Source of the DNA: Hydrolagus affinis
Lineage: Eukaryota
Length of the DNA: 64,000 nt
Assembly (NCBI GenBank): GCA_012026655.1
Contig: JAAILG010000147.1
Coordinates: 62,001-126,000, forward strand
Reading direction: 5' to 3'
The position numbers were made by a program, and so were the translations under genes. Of this stretch, positions 1-12,201 are shown in pieces. Numbering within the stretch: the first letter of the stretch is position 1; each line of letters opens with the position of its first letter. The notes below the pieces were generated by a model. The model was not told the DNA's origin and ran no database searches. It saw only the letters and a program-made list of their open reading frames with translations.

Positions 1-19
1 TTCAGATTGTGGAGGCTTA

Positions 20-98
20 TATATAGAACATATCCTAGTATAGACTGATTAGGCTGAATGGCCTATTTCTGTACTCCAAATCTCTATGTAATACTATG
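20..98 (+). mobile_element. CR1 LINE 3' tail fragment
   Basis: 'ggctgaatggcctatttctgtac...ctatgtaatactatg' matches the CR1-type 3' UTR stem and ctatg microsatellite tail seen in better copies here (e.g. 50885-51292). Confidence 0.6.
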
Positions 99-2414
99 CA
101 GAATGCTTTTATGTAAAGGCATCACTGAAACGATACCTTTCTGCAGAGCTGCATTGGTCTAGGAAACATATAGCTCAGCCTGTCAGTGAGAGGGGAGGTA
201 AGAGGTAAGATACAGAATCACAGTATCAATATTGCTAGGACAACAACAACTAATCTAAAGCTCTCCCTTGCTATGAGTTTTTGGGTTGGAGTTTGATTCC
301 TGAATGGTTTATTTAAAGGTAAGCTTCATAGTTCCACTCTTCCTCTCTTTCCTGCCCACTCCAATCCAGTCTATTGAATCTGTGATAGAATAGCATTCTT
401 TTGCAATTAAAACATTCTCAGTCACCAACTGATTCCCAATAGGTTGACATCAGTACTGAAGGTTTTCACTGGACAGAGAGTTCAATAATTGGGACAATTT
501 CGCCAGGGTGTCCCAATTAACAGCCTTCAACTGCACATTTATTGAACTGCTCTATTGCACTAACACCAGAACACCAGGGAGAAGCATGAATTAAATATTC
601 TGTCTCTTCACATTAACCCAGTGAAGCACTGCTAAGTTCGGCTCTACTCCTGTTAAGCCAGCACACATCATTACAGGAAACTTGATCTGCATACAGTGAG
701 GCTGAGATATATGAACATGGTGAAGGGTCCCTGCACAATGGGAATGAGCAATACAAAGATTAGTCAAATCCAACCTTTATGTGCATCAATTCGGAGGATA
801 CACTTATGGGAAAGATTCTAGACGTAGTGGTCTCAAACTCAGCAAGGATATTGGCTTTTATTTAAACAGAACATTCTGCTTTGATCCTAAGATTTAAAAA
901 TCCTTTCCAAAAGATGTACGGTTATCTATAAGATTGGACGGGAATGAGGCCACAGAGAAAATTTGCCCTTTTAAAATGAGTGTATTTGAATTCTGTGATT
1001 GCTTGATAGACTGCTAGAATTTTTTTAGCTCAGTCAATAGACCTGCAAATTTCACTCATCTGCATCCATTTGATAATGTGATTTGTTGAAGCTATTTGTT
1101 GATACACAGATACGGGTGAGCACACAGGAAAAGAACAGCTACTTTGAATTCCAGGGATGTAAAAAATTGAAAAGTCATACAAACATTTAAAACCTGAAAA
1201 GGATGCGAATCGATGAGTTTCACAGTGATGCGTCACTGTTCAGGAACTTTGTTGCTGGTTGTAGGCTGGTGCAGTGACCACGGAAGAAATCCGCTGATGG
1301 ATAAGTCTGCATCACAACATCTTTAAGGCTCTGCTGTTATCGCTCATTCTCACCCCTCCACAAGAACATGGCACTGGCCTTGATTGTTCTAAAGGTGTCA
1401 CCCAGCAGTAACAGGGTAAGAGGTTTTCCTTATCCAAAAATCTCTTCACTTGGGGAAAAAAACATGAAGAGTCAAGGTTGGCACAAGGGCAAAGGCCTGG
1501 GGAAGTGCTGCCTAGTAACTAGTTAAGGTTTGGGGATGCTGAGGTCAATGCAGCCTCTTTTGAGCTTCAGCAGGTTTCTGCTTTATTAGTCCTATTTATC
1601 TTTATCTGTAAGTCAGCTGAGTGTATTCTCCTTGAGGCAGCAATGCCCAAACCAGCCTTGCTTTTCTCTTGAGGGAATTCAGCAGACACCTCACTCTTAT
1701 TCACATGACCTTCTGCATCTTCCAGCGAGCAACAGACTGGGTCAAGTGAAGTGTAAAGACTCTTTGCTTGTGAAGAGTCTGAGCCACTGGTGCTGGAGAG
1801 TCAGGGCTAAGCTGTCACACCGCAGTGTCAGGATGCGTTTGTGAGGAAGATTAATCACTTTGTTTTTTTTATATCAAACAGGAAAGAGGTGGGGGAGAGC
1901 ACACAAGGCAGTGAGCAGCCTGACTGGCCAACTGATTGTTTAGATAATTACTCGCAGCCACAATAAAAAATGGATTTGTTCTAATGACTTCTTCATGGAA
2001 TTCCTGCAATATCCCAAAGATTAAAGAGCTTTTCTAGTTGTGACCCTTTGACCGGATGTTGATATTACACACTCAACATATTGCAGCCTGGAAGACCTCA
2101 CTTGGAACGTGTCGTTAAAGATCTTTTCAGGGAGAGAAAAGGATGAGTTGACTGAGTGAAACTCTTTGTCTTATGCTTAAGTCACTCTTTTCCTCAGCAG
2201 GTTTTCTGTTAGTAGAAACCTTTTAGCACTGCAGACATGAGTGGGCTTTGCCAAATCCCTGATGGTAGAATTGCAAAGAAAGTGTATTTTTTTTAAAAAG
2301 AAAAAGGTATTGCCTTACACTCTACACACTGGTCTGGAGGGAAATAAAATCCAGGTCAACGTGGGCTAAACACCATATTGAATCAGAGCGGATCATGTTT
2401 TTGACTGTTCTTGT

Positions 2415-2550
2415 ACTCCATGGCCATTTGTGGGACATTGCTGTGTGCAACTGGCTGCTGCATTTCTCTCACAAAATATACAATCAATCCACTTTTACAG
2501 TATATCCTATGAAGCGTTTTGAGATGTCTCAATGACGTGATAATAATAAT
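2415..2550 (+). mobile_element. SINE 3' half (tRNA-SINE family body and tail)
   Basis: Matches body and tail of the full copy at 46045-46370: 'tgtgggacattgctgtgtgc...cacaaaatatac...gaagcgttttgagatgtc...ataataataat'. Confidence 0.8.
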
Positions 2551-2647
2551 AATCCTTTGATATAGTGCCTTACCAAGTCTTTGATACATCTCAAAGCCCT
2601 TCACAGAACATACTGTACTGTGAAGTGAATTGGATGTATATTTTGTG
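2545..2647 (-). mobile_element. SINE 3' fragment, tail-to-tail with the previous copy
   Basis: 'aatcctttgatatagtgcc...tctcaaagcccttcacaga...gtatattttgtg' is the reverse complement of the same tail. Confidence 0.8.
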
Positions 2648-2888
2648 TTAGAGTATATTCTGTGACGGATATACCAAATGCAAGAATCATTATTAGCGTG
2701 AGTCAAATCTTTAGTTACCACTTGGTGGATATGGGTCATGATTTTGATTCTGCCAGCACTATACCCCTGGATTCTACTGTTGACTGTTCTCTCCCTCCCT
2801 TCACCAATTCTGCTGGTACTATTTCCGCACCTCCACCACACCCCCCCCCCACCTCAGCTGCCAGCACTCCTCATGATCTGAACTGCCC

Positions 2889-3060
2889 AATAATATCCTT
2901 GCATTTAATATAATATAGCATCTTATCACATTGTCTCAAAGTGCTTCACAGGATATACTGGAAAGTGGTGTGACTGAAGATTTTGTGGCCAAAACGCCTC
3001 ATCTAGTCAACATGCAGCAGTGTCCTGCAAATGGGCTTAGAGCGAATGACTCATTTATTT
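2889..3060 (-). mobile_element. SINE 3' fragment
   Basis: 'atccttgcatttaatat...tgtctcaaagtgcttcacaggatatactg'. Confidence 0.7.
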
Positions 3061-4057
3061 GGGGGGGGGGTGGGGGGGGATTTGTTGGCTATGACACAGA
3101 AAGAAAATCATTAAAAGCTAATATTTTATGATCTTCTGGAAATTGACCTTCTGAGATAGATCAGCCGAGGAGACCAATAGTGAATAAAAAAAAATCTGAT
3201 GTGATGCCTCGGATTATAAAATAAAGTTGCTCCCGTCTCAGGTCAAATAATAACAGCAGTAAGACCCTGAGAGAAATTAGCACTGGCCTGGAGAGGGCCA
3301 CTAGCACGGTCTTTCCTAAAGACTTGTTGCAAAACTTACACGCTTGATGATTCAAAGGTAGAAAAATGAACTGTACCGTGTCTACTGTGGAGTTTGGGTG
3401 GTGGGGGGAGTGGGGGGGGGTGGGGGTGTAGGTGGATCACACTCAATGCATCAATTTAGTTCAGTAAATATTTAAGTTAATAATATTTAAGTTCAGTAAT
3501 ATTTGTGTATGTAATAAAAGTAAGTAGGAATAGGAGGAGGACAAAATCTTCTTTGCCATTGTAGTGATTAATGGCAACTTGCTGGTTATTGATCCCTTTT
3601 CCCCACCTTTTCTATAAATCATTTAATAATACAAGATCCCATCTGCCTCCCTATTAAACAGTGTTTCATACAATGAATTACATTGGCTATCACCTAAAGC
3701 AACAACAACTTGCATTTATATAGCGCCCTTCACACGGGATGGCAGCCTGGAGATCTTGACAGCAATGGAGTCTTTAATTGTTCACATTCTCTCTTCTCAT
3801 TTGTTTCAGTTTTGTTGGGTAACATTGACCTTTCTAAGCGCCTTACAAGTTGAGCATCTTTTGTGGTGCAAGAAATAGATCTTCATAGAATTCAAAGGAC
3901 AGTATATTGGTACAAATATTGCCTCAGCACAGTTAGCTGTGAGTGCTGTGCATTTTGAAGCAATGCCCTACAGTCCTCCAATAAAGTAATATTCATGACT
4001 TTTTGGTTTCCCCTCAAACGCTCCATCTGTTCTGTAGTTGATGGTTCATCATCTGAC

Positions 4058-4182
4058 CTTTTTTTTCCCCATCAACTCTGGAGTTCCCAGAGCTCAATTC
4101 TCTCTCCCACATTATTTCTTCTCCACATCAATGATCAGCTCTATTAAGCATCGAAGCCTATCCATTCTTTCGCTGATGATTT
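4058..4182 (+). mobile_element. Old LINE reverse-transcriptase fragment
   Basis: Across frameshifts reads FPINSGVP(Q)SSILSPTLFLLHIND...HSFADD, corresponding to the RT GVPQGS and [Y/F]ADD motifs. Confidence 0.65.
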
Positions 4183-4585
4183 CAATCTGCGATCAACAAA
4201 TTTCTCAGTCTACAGAACCCTTCTGCAATGCAAAAGCTGAATTACCATTTTGGGCGGGGGGATATACCAGTCCCAGTGATGGGAGTAGATCAATAGTATT
4301 TTTTTTTAACATGCTCTTTCTTATTTCTATTTCCTTAAAAATATTTTTATAAATATATGGAACCCGAAAGACCATTCTGCTTTTAATATTTTCAGGTAAT
4401 GGAGTATATTTAATTATTTTTCTTTTCTCTCCTTCCTGAGAAGCAAGTATCTTCCATAAGGTAATTCAGTATATTGTACTAAAGATGTAGGACATTTAAT
4501 TATATGGACTCACTGTGGACAACAGTGTATGTTATAGTGAAAGAATATAATAATACACATCTTTAAAAATACAAGGCAATAGACA

Positions 4586-4840
4586 TCTTTCAGATAAGGC
4601 ATTAAACTGAGGTCCTGACTGACTGTTCAAGTGGATGTTAAAGATTCTCTGGCACTGCGAGAAAAAAGAAGGGAGTTTCTGACAACAATCCCCCAAATTG
4701 GTCATTCATTTAGTAACCCGTGGTGAAACATTGCTATGTGCAAATTGGCTGCTGAGTTGCTTACAAAATACAGTCACTACACTTCTCAGTAAAATCCTGT
4801 GAAACGCTGAGATCATGATAATGTGATAAGACACTACCCC
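4586..4840 (+). mobile_element. DeuSINE-type SINE (Deu domain plus shared 3' body)
   Basis: 'ttaaactgaggtcctgactgactgttcaagtggatgttaaagattctctggcact' resembles the Deu domain (AmnSINE1/SacSINE1-like, from recall). It is followed by 'tgtgcaaattggctgctg...tacagtcactacac'. Confidence 0.65.
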
Positions 4841-6806
4841 AAATGAACAGATTATTTTGCTTTATAATGAATCTCTGCCATTGCAATAGCTATGTCATTT
4901 AGTTACTGCTGAGATTGTTTAAACGTTTCCCAAGTTTGCTAATTGGGCGGAAATTTTTGTTTAAATGGCTGATATGCAGAACACCTCCCGGGTGTATTTA
5001 CAGGAAAGAGTATTTGGATTTATTTTTGATTATCTTACTGAACAACAATTAACTTTATCCACTTGAGCAGCACCCACTGGCAGCTAGACTTCAAAGGCCT
5101 ATGGCTAATGAGGACAGGCAGTAATTAATAGCTAACCCGATTTGCTGTCCAAATACTAATTTTACTGTGAGTTGGAATACCAACACATGTCGGGTAATGT
5201 GGCCCTGCATACTCGGAACATGAAAACTGTAAAGTGGAAGTGTAGATCTTGGTATTACCAGGATTATTGTTGCACTTTCAGAGTTTGAAGTATAATTTTT
5301 TCACAATATAGCGACAACTTACACAGTAAATTCCGTTTAACGGTTTATTCCAGGGCACAGTTGTTTTGACACTAAGTGTAGAATCAAGTATGGTCTTGTT
5401 TTGCAACAAAGACTTACTGTTTTTCTTAAATGGCAAATGTTGCAGCGAATTAATGATGATTTCTTCAAAGATGCATTGCACCCTGAGTTTCTGGTGTGAT
5501 GGTGCTTGTAAATTCCTTAATGAAATGGTAGACTGTTTGAGAAATCCCACAGAAATCATCCTAATTAATTCTAAATGTGCTGAAACACCAGAGAGAGAGA
5601 GAGAGATTAAACAGACAAGTATTTACCACACCTGGCAGGATTTCTGATGTCTTTTGCATGTTACTAAATTCAAACAGCACAACTTAACTCCTCAGTAATC
5701 TAATGAATATAGGGCCTATTTAAAATTAACCAAATATACGTAACTCTCAGAGAAGTGGAAACAAATAGAGAAAGAACTTGGCATACCCATGTTTTGTAGA
5801 TTTTTAATTCTCTGTGGGGAAACTGTGGGCAGCAAGCTGCAACATTCCCAAGAGGAATGCATCAGTTGGCATTTTAGCTTTTCCTCAAAAAGATATAATA
5901 ATAATCATAATAACCAGCATTTCGTTTGTTACATTTCTTTTTGCGGTGGGAGCACATCTCAGCGCTCTATAAGATGACTGTGTATTTTGTAGGTAAAGAT
6001 CACTGTAGTTTTTGTTTCCATCCTTTCCTAAGTGGCAGCCTCACATGTGCCTGACAAAGAAATATTGACAGGAAACTGGAAAAACACAAGGGGAAATTGT
6101 GAGATGTTAAAGGTAGCAAAGTATGAAAAATTCCTCTTGCTATCGGAAGTAATGATTTTGACAAGTACTTCTAATGGGAAAAGGAATTGTAGCCACAAAA
6201 TTTACCCATAAAGCAATTTAGTTCTGTATCAATTAACTAAAAAGAACTAGATAAATATTCTGTTAGGAAAGGGATTGAAGGTTACAGAGATAACAAACCG
6301 AGTGTAATGCGACACAGAACTTTAATGGTTCCTGTGTTTCAATGAACAAGGAAATGTCATCTGTTGAGCAGTCTGGGTTGATTAGTGGGACTGTGAGGGT
6401 GGATAAATACTTTGCAATTCCTGACCTTTGATGGTTGTGAAAGAATTATGCATAAATTTCCCTCGAAAGATGAAATAGGTGAGATAGATAAAGTATGATC
6501 TGTGGAAGGAGCAGTTTAAATGGACAAATTCCACCATTATGAAGTAAAAGTTGAGATAATCATCAAATCTGTGAAATGTGTGTCACACATACAGCCTTAA
6601 TGTTTGTTCTTGTGTTCAGATAGTTAGGTCACCAATTGCCAACCTATACTTGGAGTAACCTATAATCTCATATAAAATGATTGCAACATTTAGGTAACTA
6701 GAGGAACAACTGTTGTTATTTATCCACCATACAGATATCTGGTGCTGCATTACATCTGTAACTGTTGCCCTCTGGAATGTTTCCTATGTGTTTACTAGAT
6801 TGTGTG

Positions 6807-7229
6807 CAGGTAGATCTCGCTTATCGTCGCCCCATTTAACTTTTTTTGTTATTACTTCGCTGATATATTAGGAACCTATGATTTAACGTTGCAAAATTCT
6901 CTATTAACGTTGTTTGCCAGCAGATGGAAAGGGGGCATGTCAGCGCTAGGGGGCATGTCGGCGCTGCGAGTGAGCCAGGCTGGCAGCGAGAGTAGAGAGC
7001 CAGCCAGCAGCGAATGAGACCGGAAGCGAGTGAGTGAGCCGGGCAGGCAAGCGGTCAGGGAGCGTTTACAATGTTTTTTTAGAACATTTTGATGAAAAAC
7101 ATCCAAAAGAACCTAACTCAAGTTTTTTTTACATTCTTTCTTATGCGAAAAATTTATTTACTTAATGTCGTTTCGCTTAAAATCGCACTTTTCAAGAACC
7201 AAACTACGACATTAAGTAGGGTCGACCCG
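6807..7229. mobile_element. Tigger/pogo-like MITE (degenerate TIRs)
   Basis: Left end caggtagatctcgcttatcgtcg versus reverse complement of right end cgggtcgaccctacttaatgtcg. GC-rich core with an internal repeat (gggggcatgtc-a/g-gcgct x2). The TA TSD is not intact (tg/ca). Confidence 0.65.
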
Positions 7230-8685
7230 CAGTTCGAATAGTTGGCAGATCTGCTTTGGGCTGCACTGTGACTTTCCTCTGCAAATGCCAAGAAGAGAAA
7301 TGCATCAATTGTCAGTATTCTGGATTCAGATAAGTTTGTTGAGTGGACTCAAGCTGGAGACCAGGGATGTGACACAAAGGGATTGTGAGCCAGGATTTCA
7401 GATGATGGTTCTGTGTGAAAAAGCATTGCCATAATAACTACGCAATCCGAACAAACCACATAAAAACAAGGGCTGATATTTGCAAAGTGTCCGCTACAGT
7501 TGAAAGCTTGTTATTTGGAGGAAACGTGGGAGTTTGTTCAAAACGTCTGTGCTACTACTATGTTATATTAAGCAATGTAAAGCACTGGGATATTCAATGA
7601 ATGAAATTTTTCAGTATTTTTGAAAATGTAATTCAGTAGTGGGTGTGGAATGGATGTGATAACTCTTTGTTTGTTGCTCAGCTACCTCTATAGATCTATT
7701 AGAAAGCAAATATAGCTGTTGACATTACTTTTCGAGGCAGCAATAATGTAAGAAATGTATTTGATATGGATGACTGACGAGTACCCAAAGTGGCACTGGC
7801 TGGTTCTTAACCATCCAATTGATGTAGAAGTTGAATGATGGAGTCACTTGGCACTTGTTACTGAGAGGGCATAATTCATGAGTACCTGCCGCTCCAAATA
7901 TGGTTAATTCTTCGCATGGATTGTACATCTTTGTTCACTCTAAGGACATGATCATAGTGATTAGACCGATCAGTTAAGTCAACTCCATAAGGGAACCTTT
8001 TACATTATCTTCCAACTTCTGTTTCTTACCAGAATTCTATTCTAGGGTAATGCTGATTATAGGTAGAATAGCATGTTATATACAGTCTTTCTCACCAATG
8101 GTGTGTGAAAGCAAATGCCCTGAAGGACCAACACGTTGGTATTGTTACTGTAATGTAAATTGTCAATGTAAAAATCGTGCCCACACATCAATGCATAGTA
8201 GGAGAGGCAGAGTGTTCCTACGAGCAAGGATATATCAGCTGTTGAGAATTTACAAGTTATCGAGCACTAAATGTATCTCCACTGATATCACCACTACCGC
8301 AGTGCAAAATGTTTTCGGCAGTGATGTATCAGAGAACAAAACTCATTACCAAGGCTGTAATTCAATCTAGCATCTTCTGCTATTCACAGATACTCTTGTG
8401 GTCGATTATTAGAATTGCTTAGCTAAAGTATTGCCTTGCAAGCTTCATTATCCCACCAATAATACAAAGCACACTGTCAAATTTGGTAATAAAATTAAAG
8501 GCTTACAATAACTCATGATGGAGAATCACCCAATAGTCAATCCAAGTTCCATCCTATGACCTTCAGGCTTCGTCCGATTGTTCTAACCTATGAACTCCTC
8601 AATTAGATTCTCCACCATTGACTTGGTTGTGATTGTCACTTTACAATTGGCTTGCCTGCCTACATTCACTTTAAAGACATTCATT

Positions 8686-9027
8686 AATAATCTTAATCTT
8701 TGCAAATGATATAGCACCTTATTATGTCTTCGAGATGTCTCAAAGTGAATTTACTGTATATTTTGTGGGAGAAATGTGGCTGCCAATTTTGCACACCAGT
8801 GTCCCACACACAATCATGGATTGAGTGATCCAATTCATTTATTTTTTTGAATGGATTATTACCCCCCGCTAAAGCGATCAGCCAAGTAACCTGGTTCCTA
8901 CTGACTGATAGGTAAACAGAGGCTTATGGAGTAAGGAAACTTGCCCAACATTTTCCCTGCTTGGGAATGCAACCCAGGTCCTCTCGCTTGTGAGGTGAGT
9001 GATCTAACCACTGAGCTATAGGACTCC
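8686..9027 (-). mobile_element. Full-length tRNA-derived SINE, long variant with extra central block
   Basis: The minus strand begins ggagtcctatagctcagtggttaga (A box) and has gggttgcattccc (B box). It ends in the shared tail and carries an extra ~60 bp at 8862-8920. Confidence 0.85.
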
Positions 9028-10563
9028 ACCTAACCGTGGGTGGGCGAGGGTATCTCACATTTATCTCTTGTGCCTCATTGTGAGGAACGGAGAGTTGAAT
9101 GTCTTCAGATACGTGCTGACTTCTGAACATTTTTCATAATTGGTACCAACCTGGTCCAGTATCATATTTTCCATGTTGATTCATTGAGTGAGCTCGTCTT
9201 CAATACATTCAAAACTGAATGAAACAATTTTGATCCTGTTCGTTAACTCAAGTGAAGCTGTCTGTTTGCGATGATTGTGGAAAGAATCAAAGACCTCATG
9301 CAAAGCGATTTTCAAAAAGGTTCAAAGGCATGAGCTAGTTAAAGTTAAAAGTGGCCGCTTTAAGGTTTCAGAAACAAATATGTTTAGATTCCCTTAAATC
9401 CTAAAGAAGGAGCTTTATACCATAAAGGAAAAGCATTACTAGTTCATTAAGAGTTAAAATGGCAGAATAGCTGAAGTATCATGTATGACTGGTCTTGTGT
9501 GAAATCTATAGTTAGCCTGTCACATACTTAAACAGAATTAATTGGGTCTGATTAGAGGGCAGGCTTCTGAGGCATAATTAGGGATCATTACTCGCACAAA
9601 ACAGCATGATGCATTTCTCATTTGTAGGAGATGTGAATGAGTATTCTTTTGAAACATGGCCCATAAACAACAAAGGAAACTTAGAGGTTCTGAAGTTTGG
9701 TATCTGAGGGTAATAAAGCCCCAGACCATATTAACACAAACAGTATGGAAGCGCCTTGTGTAAATGTGCCTAGAAATTCAATTTTGGGAGCAGAGAATTC
9801 TGCTGGCTGTCAGAATGGAGGCTCATTACGTTGTGTTAATGAGGTAATCTTGGCACGCACACAGCTCATTACATTAGTTCGAACTACTGCAAGAAGGTGG
9901 GCTGCAGTTGCAAGCGGGAAGCCACACTTTTGAGTAAATTAGGACAAATGGATGAAAAGACGGTTCCACAGCGCTCTGATCACTTGCAATCTGTACGTTT
10001 TGAGAAATGGCAGCTCTCGGGACCACCCACAAGAAGAGCAAGAAGCCCAGAGAGAGAGAGAGAGAGAAACAGAGGAAGCAGAGAAAGAGGAGACCTGCTG
10101 GGAGAATGAAAGATAGAGACGGGTTCCAGCAGTGCCTTTTGTCATTTTCTTGTCAAGTCATGTGATATATAGCTGTATAGCAACGTTATCTGCCAATAAC
10201 TCACAGTCTGTTGCCAAACCATTTGGAAGGAGACAGACAGGCAACCCCATTTGGCCCATCTTTGAAGCAGTCCCTGAAACAGTGATGATAGAATTTGAGG
10301 AATTAGGGAGAAATGTATTCGGAAAACATATTCAAGTGAACAGTTTAAACAGCATCACTAGCCAATCTTGAGAAACATTTTTCCACAACAATACTAAATG
10401 TCCTTAACTCCCTGCCTCTCCCACCCTCTTCCATTACCCCCACCCAAATAAATGACATTGCTCTTTTATTTCCAATCTCTTGTAGAATCAAATATTGAAA
10501 CACAAATTGTGCAACCACCTGTTTAAGGCTATTATTACGCAACTCATTTTATTTACCTTCTAC

Positions 10564-10958
10564 TAATGTCCAGTGATATATTGATATATCGGTCATATCG
10601 GTATAATTTTTCATATCGATATGCCAATATTGGAAATTTGAATATATCGGTATATTGAAAAATTTGGTATAAAAAAATCGGTATATCGCAAAATATCAGT
10701 ATATAGTGTCCGGCGATATATCGATATATCGGTTATATCGGTTTAATATAAAACTTTTTCAACTTACCCTGTCGCCGGCATTGCAAACCTCCTGGGCCTA
10801 GAGCACGGAATGCGTGCGCACACTGGAATGTGCGCACACCTCCGAATGCGCGCACATACACAGGACAAAAAAACCCGGTGATATCGATATATCGGTATAT
10901 ATCGATATGAGCCCACCGATATATCGATATTGGAAAATTTCCATATCGACGGACCCTA
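10564..10958 (-). mobile_element. hAT-type MITE, copy 1 (395 bp)
   Basis: 8-bp TSD ccttctac at 10556-10563 and 10959-10966. Imperfect TIRs taatgtccagtgatat / tagggtccgtcgatat. Many subterminal (cg)atat(at)cg motifs. Homologous to 45195-45583. Confidence 0.9.
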
Positions 10959-12129
10959 CCTTCTACTGCACTCCCTCTATTCAAATCAAACTACAATTCA
11001 CTTTCTCCAACTCTGATCCAAACAGAGTTCGATCCTGCGGTGATTCATAACTGGATCTCTTAATAGCATCTCAGAGTCACAAAGGAGGACATCTTTCAGT
11101 GTCCAGGAGTACATCTGTGGGAACGCATTGAAATATGCTCAGACTCATAGGAACACGCCCTGACCCACAGTAAGTGGCTCCAAGCCAAGGGAACACTCTC
11201 TGAACTAATAGTCCCTACCCTTTGGACTTAACCATTATTTGAAGTGAATAGAATTGATGGCAACAAAGTTATTTGGTTCTGTGGTTCCACCAATACAAAT
11301 AGATACCCTGCAGTGAAAGTGAATAGTTTGAAATGGCTGTTTGAAATGGCAATTTGGCCTATTTTCATGAATGATTGATAGCAATGGCTGACGCAGCTAT
11401 CTTCTCAAGGACAATCAAATGGAGCAATGTCACATAACTCTGCTCTTCAATTAATTAATCTGATAAAGTTCAGCCAAAACTGTTCCATTTCCAAATACAC
11501 TGTTAAATGTACCCGGTGGTGTTCAACAGATGCTTTTGTTCGCAAACTTTAATTCCACAACAATTTATATAGGACCACAAGCCACAGCTGAAGTTCAATC
11601 GCATGATTCGACAGTGTCAAACCACTTCAGGGAATTTAACATTCCTGTTGAATGATAAACTCGTTTTTTATCCTTGGGCTCAGCTGTTTATATAATCAGC
11701 CAGTATTACGTATGTACTTTAGTGTTTCATTTAGTAGTGACACCTAATTTATTCGCTGCAGTTAAGCCCTTATTTATACACTGATGTAGATAATTACACT
11801 GGGCTATAAACTATCACTAAACTTTCTCCACAGTTTGCTCATAAATTGTCAGTTTTACAACTGTGCGTCACAATGATTTGCTTTGATTGAGAATATTTGG
11901 GGAACTTGATGCTAATATAGAGCAAAGAAGAGCCAGGTGCAATTTCTGTTTCCCGGGATAGACGGTATCAAGTTCACATGTTCCTACTTGCCATGTTTTT
12001 GACACTTCTATTCTAGCACCTACAGACACTCCCTTGGGACAGGCTATTGCTCGGATAGCTGAATGTTTTGGCATTGGTGACTTGATACCATCGCATTAAA
12101 GGGAACACTGGCAAATTAGACTCACTTAC

Positions 12130-12201
12130 CTGATTGAAAGTAACCCCTGTGCTCCGAAAATAGGAGAGAGATATACCGAGAAAGCAACTGGTTTCCTTTT
12201 C
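12130..12201 (-). other. Candidate 72-nt exon (unverified)
   Basis: Minus strand: tttgtctttttaatag|GAAAAGG...TCAATCAG|gtaagtgag. Length is a multiple of 3 with no stop in any frame. Peptide not recognised. Confidence 0.25.

Noticed and set aside
2383-2841. 152-aa minus-strand ORF
   Set aside because: It runs through two SINE fragments. Similar peptides recur wherever the SINE occurs.
3396-3430. G-quadruplex-forming runs (also 3061-3079 and C-rich 20430-20470)
   Set aside because: Simple G/C tracts are common and there is no context suggesting function.
10564-10958. CRISPR-like or iteron-like array of gatatatcg repeats
   Set aside because: Irregular spacing, bounded by TIRs and an 8-bp TSD, present in two copies. 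These are MITE subterminal repeats in a eukaryotic context, with no cas genes.
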